From: Raja brachyura
Taxonomy: Eukaryota
Direction of reading: 5' to 3'
Assembly (NCBI GenBank): GCA_963514005.1
Contig: OY740814.1
Coordinates: 15,314,001 to 15,378,000 of the forward strand
Length of the DNA stretch: 64,000 nt
In this document: positions 49,940-61,700 of the stretch, one piece after another
Numbering within the stretch: the stretch's first letter is position 1
Layout: each line of letters opens with the position of its first letter
Translations under genes and position numbers: made by a program
Notes under the pieces: generated by a model
Database searches by the model: none
What the model was told of the DNA's origin: nothing
What the model saw: the letters and a program-made list of their open reading frames with translations, nothing else

Positions 49940-50231
49940 TTTTTCCACCTGGCGCCATGTCTTTATCCTGCCTGCTGGGGGCGAGAGAGAGTTCCCGGAC
50001 ACGGCGGGCGAGCGGGCGCGGGAATTTGATCGCTGGAGAGAGGTCGCGGGCGCTGGGCCTAGCCGGGAGCACTGGGCCTAGCCGGGAGCACTGGGCCTAG
50101 CCGGGAGCACTGGGCCTAGCCGGGAGCACTGGGCCTAGCCGGGAGCACTGGGCCTAGCCGGGAGCACTGGGCCTGTCGATTACTTGGGACGGTTTGCAGG
50201 CGAGCAGCTTCAGCTGAGATGCGGTGTGGAG
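49940..50231 (+). promoter_or_regulatory. BLM: Putative BLM CpG-rich core promoter and non-coding exon 1
   Basis: Strongest non-repeat CpG-rich patch upstream of the BLM ATG; GGCGCGGGAATTTGAT E2F-type site (50015-50030); strong GAG|GTAAGT donor at 50231/50232. TSS not determinable. Confidence 0.7.
50053..50174 (+). repeat. 19-bp GC-rich minisatellite (CTGGGCCTAGCCGGGAGCA) x6.4
   Basis: Six perfect copies plus an 8-bp partial copy, read directly. Confidence 0.97.
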
Positions 50232-50285
50232 GTAAGTTTTCATTCTTGCGGACAGCAGCGGGCGGGTAAGCAAGCAGCAAGCTCA

Positions 50286-50482
50286 CAACAAGCTGGAGTA
50301 CCTCAGCGGGCCAGGCAGCATCTCTGGAGAGAATGAATGAATGGGTGGCGTTTTGGGTCCAGACCCTTCTTCAGCCTGAAGACGGGTCTCGATCCGATTC
50401 CTTCTCTCCAGAGATGCTGCCTGTCCCGCGGAGTTACTCCAGCTTTTTGTGTGGAAAGCAGCATCTGCTGTTCTTTCGCACA
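50286..50482. mobile_element. Palindromic Penelope-derived mini-element with back-to-back hammerhead-like cores
   Basis: 11-bp TSD CAGCAAGCTCA (50275-50285, 50483-50493); centre GACCCTTCTTCAG-C-CTGAAGACGGGTC. Confidence 0.88.
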
Positions 50483-51199
50483 CAGCAAGCTCAGGCCCAT
50501 GGTCTCTGCAGGGCATGCGAGGAATAAATTAGGGTAACTACACTTTGTATTATTATTATTTTTAAAAAGCATTTACTAGCAGGTCTGTTAGCTCTTCTGC
50601 TTCAGCAAACGGCTACAAACAGTCCTCACGAACCACAGCAGAATTCCCCAAACACCCCGAGCTATTTTGAGCGAGGGGAACTGGCTACTGACATTTAGCT
50701 CCCAACTATATCGCGACACAATACTAAAAATCCTAACACATTCATATACTGAAGCAGGGGTTGTTTGGCAGATGTATGCCATGACAGGTTTACAGAGAGG
50801 AAAGGGAGAGAAGCTGATTTAGGGGGGGGGGGTGTTAAATGTTTAAAGTGAGTGGCTGGAGTGGCGTGAGCAACATGCAGATGTTGTTGTAATCTAATAA
50901 ACATTACAATTTTCACACAGGAAACTCCTGATATGATATTATTATGGGCAGGACAGTCGGGTCGTTTCAGTGATTTCAAGGGATCTCTTGCTTTTGTATA
51001 TGATAAATGATAGTTTGTTATGGTCATATAGCAGGAAGCAGAAGTTAAAAGTGGTGACAGAAGGAACTGAACCTAAGGTCGCAACAGGGAATAGATCTGT
51101 TGATGCACGCTTGGCTCGGGTGTGATCTTTGTAGGGACATTGTTCAAAAACGTATAGTTTATAACGGTAGTTAAGACTCTGGTTGTAAATTGGTTGACA

Positions 51200-51556
51200 A
51201 TGAGAGAACTCATGATGAGCATAGGTAAGGTAAATGGACACAGTCTTTTTCCCCTTGTAGTGTGAAACTAGAAGGCATAAGTTTAAGGTGAGAGAGGAAA
51301 GACGTAAAAGAATTTGATGGGCACCCTTTTTCTTTTCAGAGAGCGTGGTGTGTATATGAAACAAGCTCCCAGAGGAAGTGGTAGTGTCAGGTACAATTAT
51401 AGCATTTAAAAGGTGCTCGGATAGGTACATGCTTAGAAAAGGATTGGCAGGATATGGACCAGCTGCAGGCAAGAGAGACTGGCTCAGTTAGGCAAATTAT
51501 TCAACATATACTTTGGGCCGAAGGGCCTGTTTCCGTGCTGTATAACTCTCTGACTC
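51200..51556 (+). mobile_element. CR1 3' end
   Basis: GGGCCGAAGGGCCTGTTTCCGTGCTGTATAACTCT tail. Confidence 0.75.
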
Positions 51557-51649
51557 TGAGCATGTCTCGTCCTGTATTATGTGATTTAATAATTGAAATA
51601 AGCCTTGAAATCTAAATCTGCATATAGCTGTAGAGAAATGACATTCAGA

Positions 51650-51855
51650 CTAAATGTGTGGGAAGGAACTGCAGATGCTGGTTTAAACCGAAGATAGATA
51701 CAAAAAGCTGGAGTAACTCAGCAGGTCAGATGGAATTTCTGGAGTAAAAAAAATAGGTGATGTTTTGGGTCTGAAGAAGGTTCTCGACTCGAAACGTCAA
51801 CTATTCCTTTTCTGCAGAGATGCCCTCTGACTCGCTGAGTTCCTCCAGCTTTTTG
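51650..51855. mobile_element. Palindromic Penelope-derived mini-element with hammerhead core
   Basis: 11-bp TSD TGACATTCAGA (51639-51649, 51856-51866); GGGTCTGAAGAAGGTTCTCGACTCGAAACGTCA at 51767. Confidence 0.88.
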
Positions 51856-52619
51856 TGACATTCAGATTATCTGTTCAAATCTAAAGCTATAGAATTCTGA
51901 CTTGGTGGCGATTAAACTCATCATGTACAGTTTGATTGGAGTTCTGTGAGACTCTCTGTGACTGCTTCCTCTCTGTGATTCCTACTGTTCTCCTGCTCCT
52001 TGACCATGTTCTTACCTAGACTTGCTCCTTCCGCAGTTCTTTGCTGGCATCTTATTGCACAAGGCTTTCCAGCTCCATTTCCAGGTGTTCTGGTTCATGC
52101 CCAGTCAGTATCTAAACTTCTTCTACCGAATATCCATCCCTTTGGATTATATTTTACTCCCTTCCATCCTTATCAGATTTCACCCTTTTGTCTTCCCCAC
52201 TTATTAGGCCTAGCCTTGGTTACGATCTCCACACTTTTCTCCCCCTTCTCACTCATCTGTAAATCCACCTATTACTTGCTAACTCTTTCCCCGCCCGTGC
52301 CTCTCGCCTCATTCTATCAGTTATCTCTTGTTTACTCCATCAGGTTGAGGAAGGATCCCGACTCCAACTGTCATGTCCATTTCCCTTGCAGATGCTGCCT
52401 GATTTCCTCCAGCTGTGTTTTAGAGATAACAGTGCTTGGAAAATGGTAGAAAACCAGATGGGAGTTCAGTTGCTTGGATCAAATTGCTGCATTGTGATAC
52501 AAATCCTCGGCTAGCAACTTTTGGTAAACACCTGGATGTGATTACCAAAGTGTAAAATAAGCCAAACTCTAAAAATGTGATCACAAATTATTCTTATTTG
52601 ATTTGATTTGTTCTGCAGA

Positions 52620-52717
52620 ATGACTTGCTTACCACAGAACAACCTCCAGAAACAGCTGGAGCTTCACTCAGAAAAAGGAGTCCAAAATAAACTTTCACTG
52701 GGGAAGAACAAACAAGG
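52620..52717 (+). CDS. BLM: BLM first coding exon (98 coding nt)
   Basis: tgcag|aATG; GG|gtaagt donor. Confidence 0.93.
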
Positions 52718-55700
52718 GTAAGTAGTAAAATTATCTATTTATTTCAAAGCAATATTTATATCTGACTGCCCTCCATGCAGTTCCAAATTTAGTTTAATTT
52801 AAAGATTCAGCATGGAAACAGGCCCCTTGGCCCGTCAAGTACACATCGACCATTGATCACCCAAACACACTGGTTCTATGTGCTCCCACTTTCACTTCCA
52901 ACCCCTACACATTAGCGGCAATTTACAGAGGGCAATTAACCTACAAAGCCATACGTCTGAGATTTGGGAGGAAACCAAGGCACCTGGAGGAAACCCATGT
53001 GGTCACAGGGAGAACGTGTAAATTCCACACAGAAAGCACTTGAGATCAGGATTGAACCCCGGTCTCTGGAGCTGTGAGGCAGCAGCTCTACCTGCCTGTG
53101 ACCTGCTTACTCTGCCTGTGCAGTCATAACACCACTGTGCTGCCCTGATTTATTCCTCACAAGCACTCTTCCCTGACTTGCCATAAAGCAAAGCAAGTCT
53201 CCAAATAGTACTAACTTTTAAATGCAATTTATTAACAGGGCATTCACATTTAAGAAGATTCCCCCCGGTACTATTGGAACTCCCAGTTTACAGAGATTTA
53301 CCAGTGCTCTCAAGGACAGAGATGTCAATGTTTTCAAACAAGCAACCGTGCGTAAGCCTGAATCTACACCACGTTTACCAATACCTAATGAACAATCACT
53401 CAAAATCAATAACTTTCTTGAACATGCTGCCAAGCAGTTGGATCCAACATCCCAATTTGCTGCTTCTTTGACAACATCCCCATCTCTGAGGCAAACTGCA
53501 ACAGCTGCCCTGATTTCTAAGAAGCTTGATGCAGATGAGTCCTTAGGCTCTGTTATCAGCCTGGATGATTGGGATGATCTGGAAGACTTTGAAACCCCAA
53601 GGAAAGAAAAAAGTGGTTTGAAATCAAGTTTGCCCACGAGCACAGAACAGTCAACACAGGAATCAAATAAAGTGAAACATTCAAACACCAATGGATTGAC
53701 TTCACACAAAGATCTAAATGGAGGTGTTCGTAACGTGAAACATGTCAATGGAGAACAGAATTTGTCTTTCCTCGCCAAGGAGAGTGCAATTATTCAGGCT
53801 CCAAGGAATTGCTTTACAGAGTCAAAGCAGGTCAACGACCTTGAAATCTGCCTGGTCAGTTCTCAGGAGCGTCCCCACTGTGAGGATGAAGATTACACCA
53901 GGTCTTTTTCTCCAAAGAAGAAAAGGTCTTCAGGTCCAAGGATCATCTTAAGTGACGATGACTCGGATGGCATTGGGAAGGAAGATATAGAAGAGAAAAG
54001 TAAGAATTATTGGGTTTGTAATGATTTGTCTTAAATCTAATACATTTCTTAAACATGGCACTAGTAAAAGATTAGAGGCTCTGGGGTACCAAGAGGAAGT
54101 GAATTATTTGCCACAGTAACACAATTTTAATTTCTCTTATAAATACGGTATTGATATAGCTCATCAATAGTGACCCCTTGGATATTAGTGATGAGTTTTC
54201 GTCAGTGGTTATGCCATTAAATGTCAACAGTGGGTGGTGAGATGCTCTCTGGTTGGAAATGGTAATTGTCTGTCACTGGTGTGGTCTGAATGTTACTTGC
54301 CATTTATCAGGCCAACGCTGAATATTTTTTCCATGTAGGCAATGGCTGTTTCATTTGCTGAGGAGTTGCAAATGGAATTGAACATTGTGCAATCATCAGT
54401 GAACATTCCAACTTCAGATCTTCTGGTTGAAGGGAGGTCATTTAAGAAGCAGTTGAATGTTGTTGAGCCTAGGAGATAATCCTGAGGAACTCCTGCAATG
54501 ATATCCTCAGGCTGGGCTGACAGCCACAGCCATTCCCTTTGCGCGAGATATAAATCCAACCATTGGAGCATTTTCCATTTTGATGCCTATTGACTTCGTT
54601 TTTATCAGAGCACCTTAATACCACATTACTGCATTGATATCAAGGGGAGTCACTCTTACCACATCTTTAGAATTCCACATTACAGAATGTAAAAATTAAT
54701 GCTAAACATAAGGATGAAATAAATAGGAAGATCAGGCCTGTGGTACCTCCACCACCATCACCATTACCTTGACCTGCTCTGTTAATTAACGTAATGCCAT
54801 AAGACCATTAATTTCCTGCCTGGTCTCCACATATCCAACAATCCATTCATTTTAGCCTTCAATAGGCCCAGTAGCTGAGCGTCATGGGGTAAAGAATTAC
54901 AAAGGTTTACTGTTCCCTGAGTGAATAGATTTTTTCAGTCATCATTCCTAAATGGCCAGTCTGGAGATTACAGCACCTAGACTCTCATCATAAGGAAATG
55001 GTAGCCTCTGACACCTGTCTGAGAATCTTGTATATTTCAATGAAATTGTTTCTTGTCTTCTAAAATCCAATAATTGTGAGCTCATCATCCTCTTTTTGTC
55101 ATTTTTAGAACAATCACATCTGGAATCCACATCACACATTCCCCATGGCAAATATAACCTTATTTTCGAGATCAGGACTGTAAACAATTCTCCAGATATG
55201 ATCTTAAAGCCCTTGTTAGGAAGACATCCTTGCCGTCTCCTCTAGCCCTTTGTAATAAGGACATTCATATTCCTAATTACTTACTTTATCTACTTTCTAA
55301 CTTTCTGCAACTGTAGTTGACCTTACAGATGCTGACAGCCCTCGGAGTAGCCAGCCACAACTTGATGCCATTTTCACTGAGGGCAGAAACCCCGATCACC
55401 TGGAGAATGAGGACAGTGACATTGATTTTATTCCACCATCCCCTGAAAGTGATCAGACATCTCTGCCATCCTTCCTCAATTGTCTCAGGTTTGTTTGTAC
55501 AAGTGATTTTAGTTTACATTGAAGATTATATAGGAGACTTTTTAATTTCTGTCACTGTCCATGGGAAGATCATCATGAGTAACTGTAGGTAGAAGTTTAA
55601 CAGCTCAAAATTTGGTTCCCAATTCAAGTAAGTTTAATATTGCTCACTGTTACTTGTATCCAGTGACTTATGCAAGAAAGAATGAACTGCAAATTGCTAC

Positions 55701-58700
55701 AAGCTCCATAATGGTCTGCTGTTAATCTTCTGAAAGTTAAACTTAGTTCTATCCTTCCCCTGGGATCTTATGATTTGCTATAATTTTAATATTAATTTTG
55801 TAATGCAGCTGAGAACCAATCTGAAAAGTTATCTGAGCTTGCAGCCAGTCATTCCTGCAGGTAGTGAATTGTTCTTAAGAGTTTTCTTCTTACTTTTTTT
55901 GATGTTTTTGCTTCCTCAATCTGGTATGACTTTATGATATTCTAAACTTGATTTAGCTCCAATCACATTTCTTTCTCTCGTCTTATTTATTTTTCTCACT
56001 GTTTCGGAAGTTGCACCTTGTGTTTCAACAATCACGATGGTTCCAGTTCGCCTGTGTAGTTTGAGTTATTTCATTGCACATGAATGATATTTGAGTTGCA
56101 GGTGGATCTTAATCTTTGGAATGGCCCTCTTTAGTGAAATCACTGCCAATGTTTACATCCAATTGTAATTTTCTAATCTACCTTGTCTCACGAGTTCTGC
56201 ATTGAAGTCATCACTAACATAACGAATTTGCCATTCAGGTTTATCCCATCTTTGGTTTGGTAATAGGAGTTGTGGATTGATAATGGGGAGTTGATTGCCT
56301 GGTTTGAAGGCTGTTTGATCAGTGATGTACTTTGAGAATCGATATTCTACCTGTGACTGTTTGTTGTAGACATTAATAACTTGGATGTGAATGTACAAGG
56401 TATCATTAATAAGTTTGCAGATTATATGAAGATTTATGGTATTGTTGTTAGTGAAGCGTGTAATCTTTGGCTACAATATGATTATTGTTCAGTTGGTATG
56501 TTGGATAAACAGTGGCAGGTGGAATTTAATTCTGAAAAGTGATGCATTTTGAGAGTACTAATAATGCTAGGCTATAAAAAAAGATTGGGAAGTCCCAAGG
56601 GAATATTGAGGAACTGAGGGATCTTGTATATACAAATCCAAAAGCCCATGAAGCTGGCAGAATGGATGGAAGAGGTAATTAAGAAGCCATATGTGATAAT
56701 TGTTTTCGTTAAGACGGGGCATAGAATAGAAAAGCAAAGCAATTACAACAATGTAAAATATTGTTACGGCCACAACAGAGTACTCTGGGCTGAAGTATTT
56801 CAATTACAAGGAAAGACCAGGTGGGCTGTGCTTACTTTCTTGGAGAAGAGGAGATTAAGAAATCCTGATTGAGGTATACAACATTTATGGACAGGCTTGA
56901 TAGTACAAAGAGAAGCTTTTTCCCACAGCAGAGGTGTAAAAAAACAAGAGGGTGTGGGTTTAAGGCAAGGAGTCGGGGATTCAAGGGACCCGAGTACTTT
57001 ATAAATTTGGAATACTTTGCCTCAAGGGTGGTGAAGATAGGAAGATGCTGTCAGAAGTATCTTGATCTGCACCTGAACACTGGACGCATGATGGTGGAGA
57101 TGCTGGGTCATAGAAATTAGGTGCAGGAGTAGGCCATTCGGCCCTTCGAGCCTGCACCGCCATTCAATATGATCATGGCTCATCATCCAACTCAGTATCC
57201 CGTACCTGCCTTCTCTCCATACCCTCTGATCCCCTTAGCCACAAGGGCCACATCTAACTCCCTCTTAAATATAGCGAATGAACTGGCCTCAACTACCCTC
57301 TGTGGCAGAGAGTTCCAGAGACCCACCACTCTCTGTGTGAAAAAATTCCTTCTCATCTCGGTCCTAAAGGATTTCCCCCTTATCCTTAAGCTGTGACCCC
57401 TTGTCCTGGACGTCCCCAACATCGGGAACAATCTTCCTGCATCTAGCCTGTCCAACCCCTTAAGAATCTTGTAAGTTTCTATAAGATCCCCTCTCAATCT
57501 CCTAAATTCTAGAGAGTATAAACCGAGTCTATGCAGTCTTTGTTCATAAGACAGTCCTGACATCCCAGGAATCAGTCTGGTGAACCTTCGCTGCACTCCC
57601 TCTATGGCAATAACGTCCTTCCTCAGAGTCAAATCCTCAGGGTCAAATGGCCTTTGTTTTAAAATCTTGTATCACCGTGAATCTGTGCCTCTGAGCATCT
57701 TCACTACATACATCGTAAAGTTAACTCTCCTTTTTCCTGTGGGTCAACGTGTTCCTGTTTCTATGTTCTATGTTTTCAAAGACTCCAAGCACAGAACCAT
57801 CGTTCCAGTGCTTGCACCACTATGCACCTCAAGTAAGTGCTCAAGTTTTATGTATGAAAACAGACAGTGAAACTTAACCAAATGTTTACACTTCAGAGGC
57901 ATTACTGCTGAAGCGGTGATTGCAAATACATTGCCAAGTGGAGTTGGAGTAGGATGGGGATGCAAATTATATCAGCTGGTTATTCTTACCACAGCATCGT
58001 AACGACATAGCACAGAAACATGCTTTTCTGCACACAAAATCTGTGGTGACCATAACAAATACCTGTTTATACTAATCCTACACTTTTTATTCTCTGCATC
58101 TTTGCATTCCTCTCATTTTGCCCCCTTCTGCCCCCATCTCACTTTTTTTTCTGAACCCTTCATCCGTATCTGTGCCCCAATAGTGCAACATTTCTGAGGC
58201 AGTTTGGTTCTTTATCTGCTTTGCTGCTTGAGATCAGTTAACAAACCACAGACCAGAAACGTGACCCGTTTTTTTAAGTAGCTGTGGCTTAGCAGTACAT
58301 CAAGCTCTGCTTTGAGATTCTAGTAGATAAATCATTTGGGAAGGAATTTTCCTGATGAATAATTACCATCTCAGGAAGTAATTCAGTGCTGAGGTATTGT
58401 AATGTTCATGAACTGATTAACTGGTTAAATTATTCTGAAATTGCATGACTAACAACCTGATCTACCATTCTAGAATGGCGCGATGTTTATGGGGGAAATG
58501 TCAGCAATGACCCCCCAGAATTTGGTCGCAATACAAGTTTAATAGCACTCACTGTTACTTTTCAGGACAGTAGTCCAAGGTGTTGTGAAATATTTGAGCA
58601 TTCTAAGTAGTGATCCCAAGTAATGACAACCAAAGGTATTCAATTCAAAGATAGTGCATTGTTAACAATTATTGATTGAAGCAGAATTTCTTAGCATTTA

Positions 58701-61700
58701 AAGAAAAAGAGGAATATGGAGTGGAAATTCCAAAGTGCATGGATTGTGGGGTGAAGTTGGGGCAACATGATATAGGTATGTTGCAAAACTTACCTTGTGC
58801 AGCGCTGCACTTCTGCCGCTCCCCGTGTGCGCGACTTTGGCGCCTTTCAGAGGGGGGCGGGCTTAAAGTGCCGTTTTTCAACAGGCAGGACAAATCGATG
58901 AATGTCGGGCGATTTGGTTGCGGAAGAAAAATCGCTCCGACATTTCATGAATGAAGGTATTTTTAAATTACTCTAAGTTATTTATTAACTAGAGTAATTT
59001 AAAAATCACCTTCAAAAGCCGTGAGCACCGACAACCGGAAGGATTTAGCGTAGGGGAGAAGAAAAGGTAAATAGTTTATTTTTATATTAAAAGTTGGTTT
59101 TTCGGGAGGCGTTAATAATATTTTTATGTTGCGAAATGGGCTCCCAAAAAATGTATGAACAAACAGTATTTTTCCCCCCGACTTCACCGCTAACCGCAAC
59201 GTTCCAATCCACCGCATTCCACTAAAACCCACTCGCTAGTTGATTTAAATGGCCATTAATTTACAGGAATCAAACACTAAATTCCTTCCATTTGGCCCAG
59301 AAATTCATGAAAATAAGATTTAAAAATTATGTTATATTGTGGATTATTGTGTGAATGTTATTTGGATACTTAGGCAATTTTAAAAAAGTTTATCTTTTCT
59401 TAAGAAATGGATAGATGTTTAGATCTACTCATTGAATTTTGTAATTAGCTACAATTAGATAACTAACTAATTATATGCTTTAATTTCAGGTCATCCAAGT
59501 AAGATTGTTTCATATTTGTTTCAGAATGCTTCAATCTATAATAACTGAAAATTTCATTGAGTTCTCTTAATTTTTAAGAAAGTTATGGACTTTTAACTTT
59601 TCCAGATCACAGCTTTTGAGTTAAGTCAATTGAAAGGCAATGGGGAGCAAGATGCTAATTTCTGAGTATGAAAATGGCCATAACTTTCTTAATACTGAAG
59701 ATATGAAAGTAAATTAGGTGTCAAATTAAACTTCTTTTTATGCTTTATCTGATGGGATAAATTGCAGATTTGATTTTTTAAATCTCAAAATTTTGTAACA
59801 TTGCTACATGATAATGAGGGAGAAATGAGTCGGGCATAATAAGATAGATCAGGAACAGGCAATGAAATATATTTTTAGAAATTGAAAATGTGGAACAACA
59901 TGAGGGCCAAATCTCAGCGTACTTGTCCCACCAAGGACTTTGACAAGGTACCACTTGGTCTGGTGTTGGAAGGTTGTTTTTCAGACTGAAGACCTGTAAT
60001 TTGTGGCACAGGGATCAGTGTTGGTTTAGGTTTATTATTGTCAAATGTACCAAGATGCAGTGAAAACCGTTGCTCTGCATGCTATTCAATAATACATTGG
60101 ATAATACTGTAGATAAAATCGAGCCAAACTCAAGTACAACGGGTAGAGTCAAAGGGAAAGATTCAGTGCAGAATATAGTTCTCAGCACTGTAGTGCAACA
60201 GTTCAAGAGACAAAAGTATAATGTCTGCAATGAGGTAGAAGTGAATCTGATTGCACTCTAACTTATGAAAAGACTGCTCAGAAGCCTGATAATAGAGGGG
60301 AAGAAGCTGTTTCTGACTGGTGCAAGTTTTCAAACCTCTGTATCGTCTGCCTGACGGAAGCGGGGAGAAAAAGGAATGGCTAGGATGGGACGTTTTTGCT
60401 TTTATTTGCTGCTTTACTGAAGCGATGTTTAGTGTATATGGAATCAACGGTGAAGAGTCGACTGTGTGATGGACTGGGCTACATCCTTTGCTATTTCTTG
60501 CGGTCTTTGGCAGTGCTGCTCCCAAACTAAGCTGTGATGCAATGTGACAATATACTTTCTATAGTGCATCTGTAGATGTGCCAAATATTCTCAGTGTCCT
60601 GTGGAAGTAGTGGCGTTGGTGTGCTGCCTTGTTTGAGGAAGAGGAGACATTAGGTCCACTGCTGTTTGTAATTTATATTAAAGATTTGAATGAGAATCTG
60701 GGTGGCATGGTTAATAAGTTCGCAAATGACACTGAAATTGGTGGTATAGGTGGTACATTTGTGATCAGGTGAATGGTCTGAGGAACGAACGGCAGACGGT
60801 GTTTAATTCGGAGCTGTTGAATTTTGGTAAGATAAACCAGGACAGGATTTGCACAATAAGTTATAAGACCCTGTGGAGGTTTGTAGAACAGAGAAACCTA
60901 GGGGTGCAGTTGCTTAGTTCCATAAAAGTGACGACATGGGTGGATAGAGTGAGTGGTGAAGGTACTTGGTACGAGTGCCTTCGTTGATCTGTGTATTACG
61001 GACATGGGTTGGAAAGTCACGTAAGAGCTGTAAACATTGGTAAGGCCACATTTGGAGTAATGTGTACAGTTCTGGTTGCCCTGCTGTAAGAAAGATGTTA
61101 AACTGAAAAGGGTGCACGAACGATTTATGAGGATGTTGCTGGCAATAGGGGTGGGGGTTGAGTTATAAGTAGAGGCTTGGATTTTTTCCCTTGGTGCATA
61201 TAGGAGACTAAGGGGTGCCCTAATCATGGTTTAAAAAATAATCATGAATTGCATAGATAAGATGAGTAGTCACAGTCTTTGCCCCGTAGTCGAGCAAACC
61301 ACCTGAGAAAGTGCTGGAAATGTGAAATTTCAAAGACACTTGAATAGATATGTGAATAGGAAAGATTTGGAGGGATATGAGCCAGACAAAGGTAAGCAAC
61401 TTGGTCAGCATGGACGAGTGGGGCAAGGATCTTGTTTCCATGCACCATATAGCACCATTCATAATCAGTACTATGGGTTCTCTCAAATTCACTTTAGAGA
61501 ACAATCTTTGGTTCTTTGCCACTGGTCGGAATTGACATTAACAGGGGGACCAACAATTGGTTAACATCTTGTACAAAGTCTAAGGCTCCTCTGCCTGAAC
61601 TGTCATCACAAAAACTGAACTTGTTTCTCTGGAGTGGGGCTTGAACCCCCAACCCAGTGAGTCGGAGGTTAGAGTGCTAACAATGAACATGACAGACGGC

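Noticed and set aside
50053-50174. CRISPR-like appearance of the regular repeats
   Set aside because: Units are directly tandem with no spacers, and the context is a vertebrate gene; it is a minisatellite.
52000-52449. 149-aa hydrophobic ORF upstream of the BLM ATG
   Set aside because: Pyrimidine-rich, decayed Penelope-like 3' sequence; no homology to BLM.
53218-53778. 186-aa minus-strand ORF
   Set aside because: Antisense shadow of the large BLM exon.
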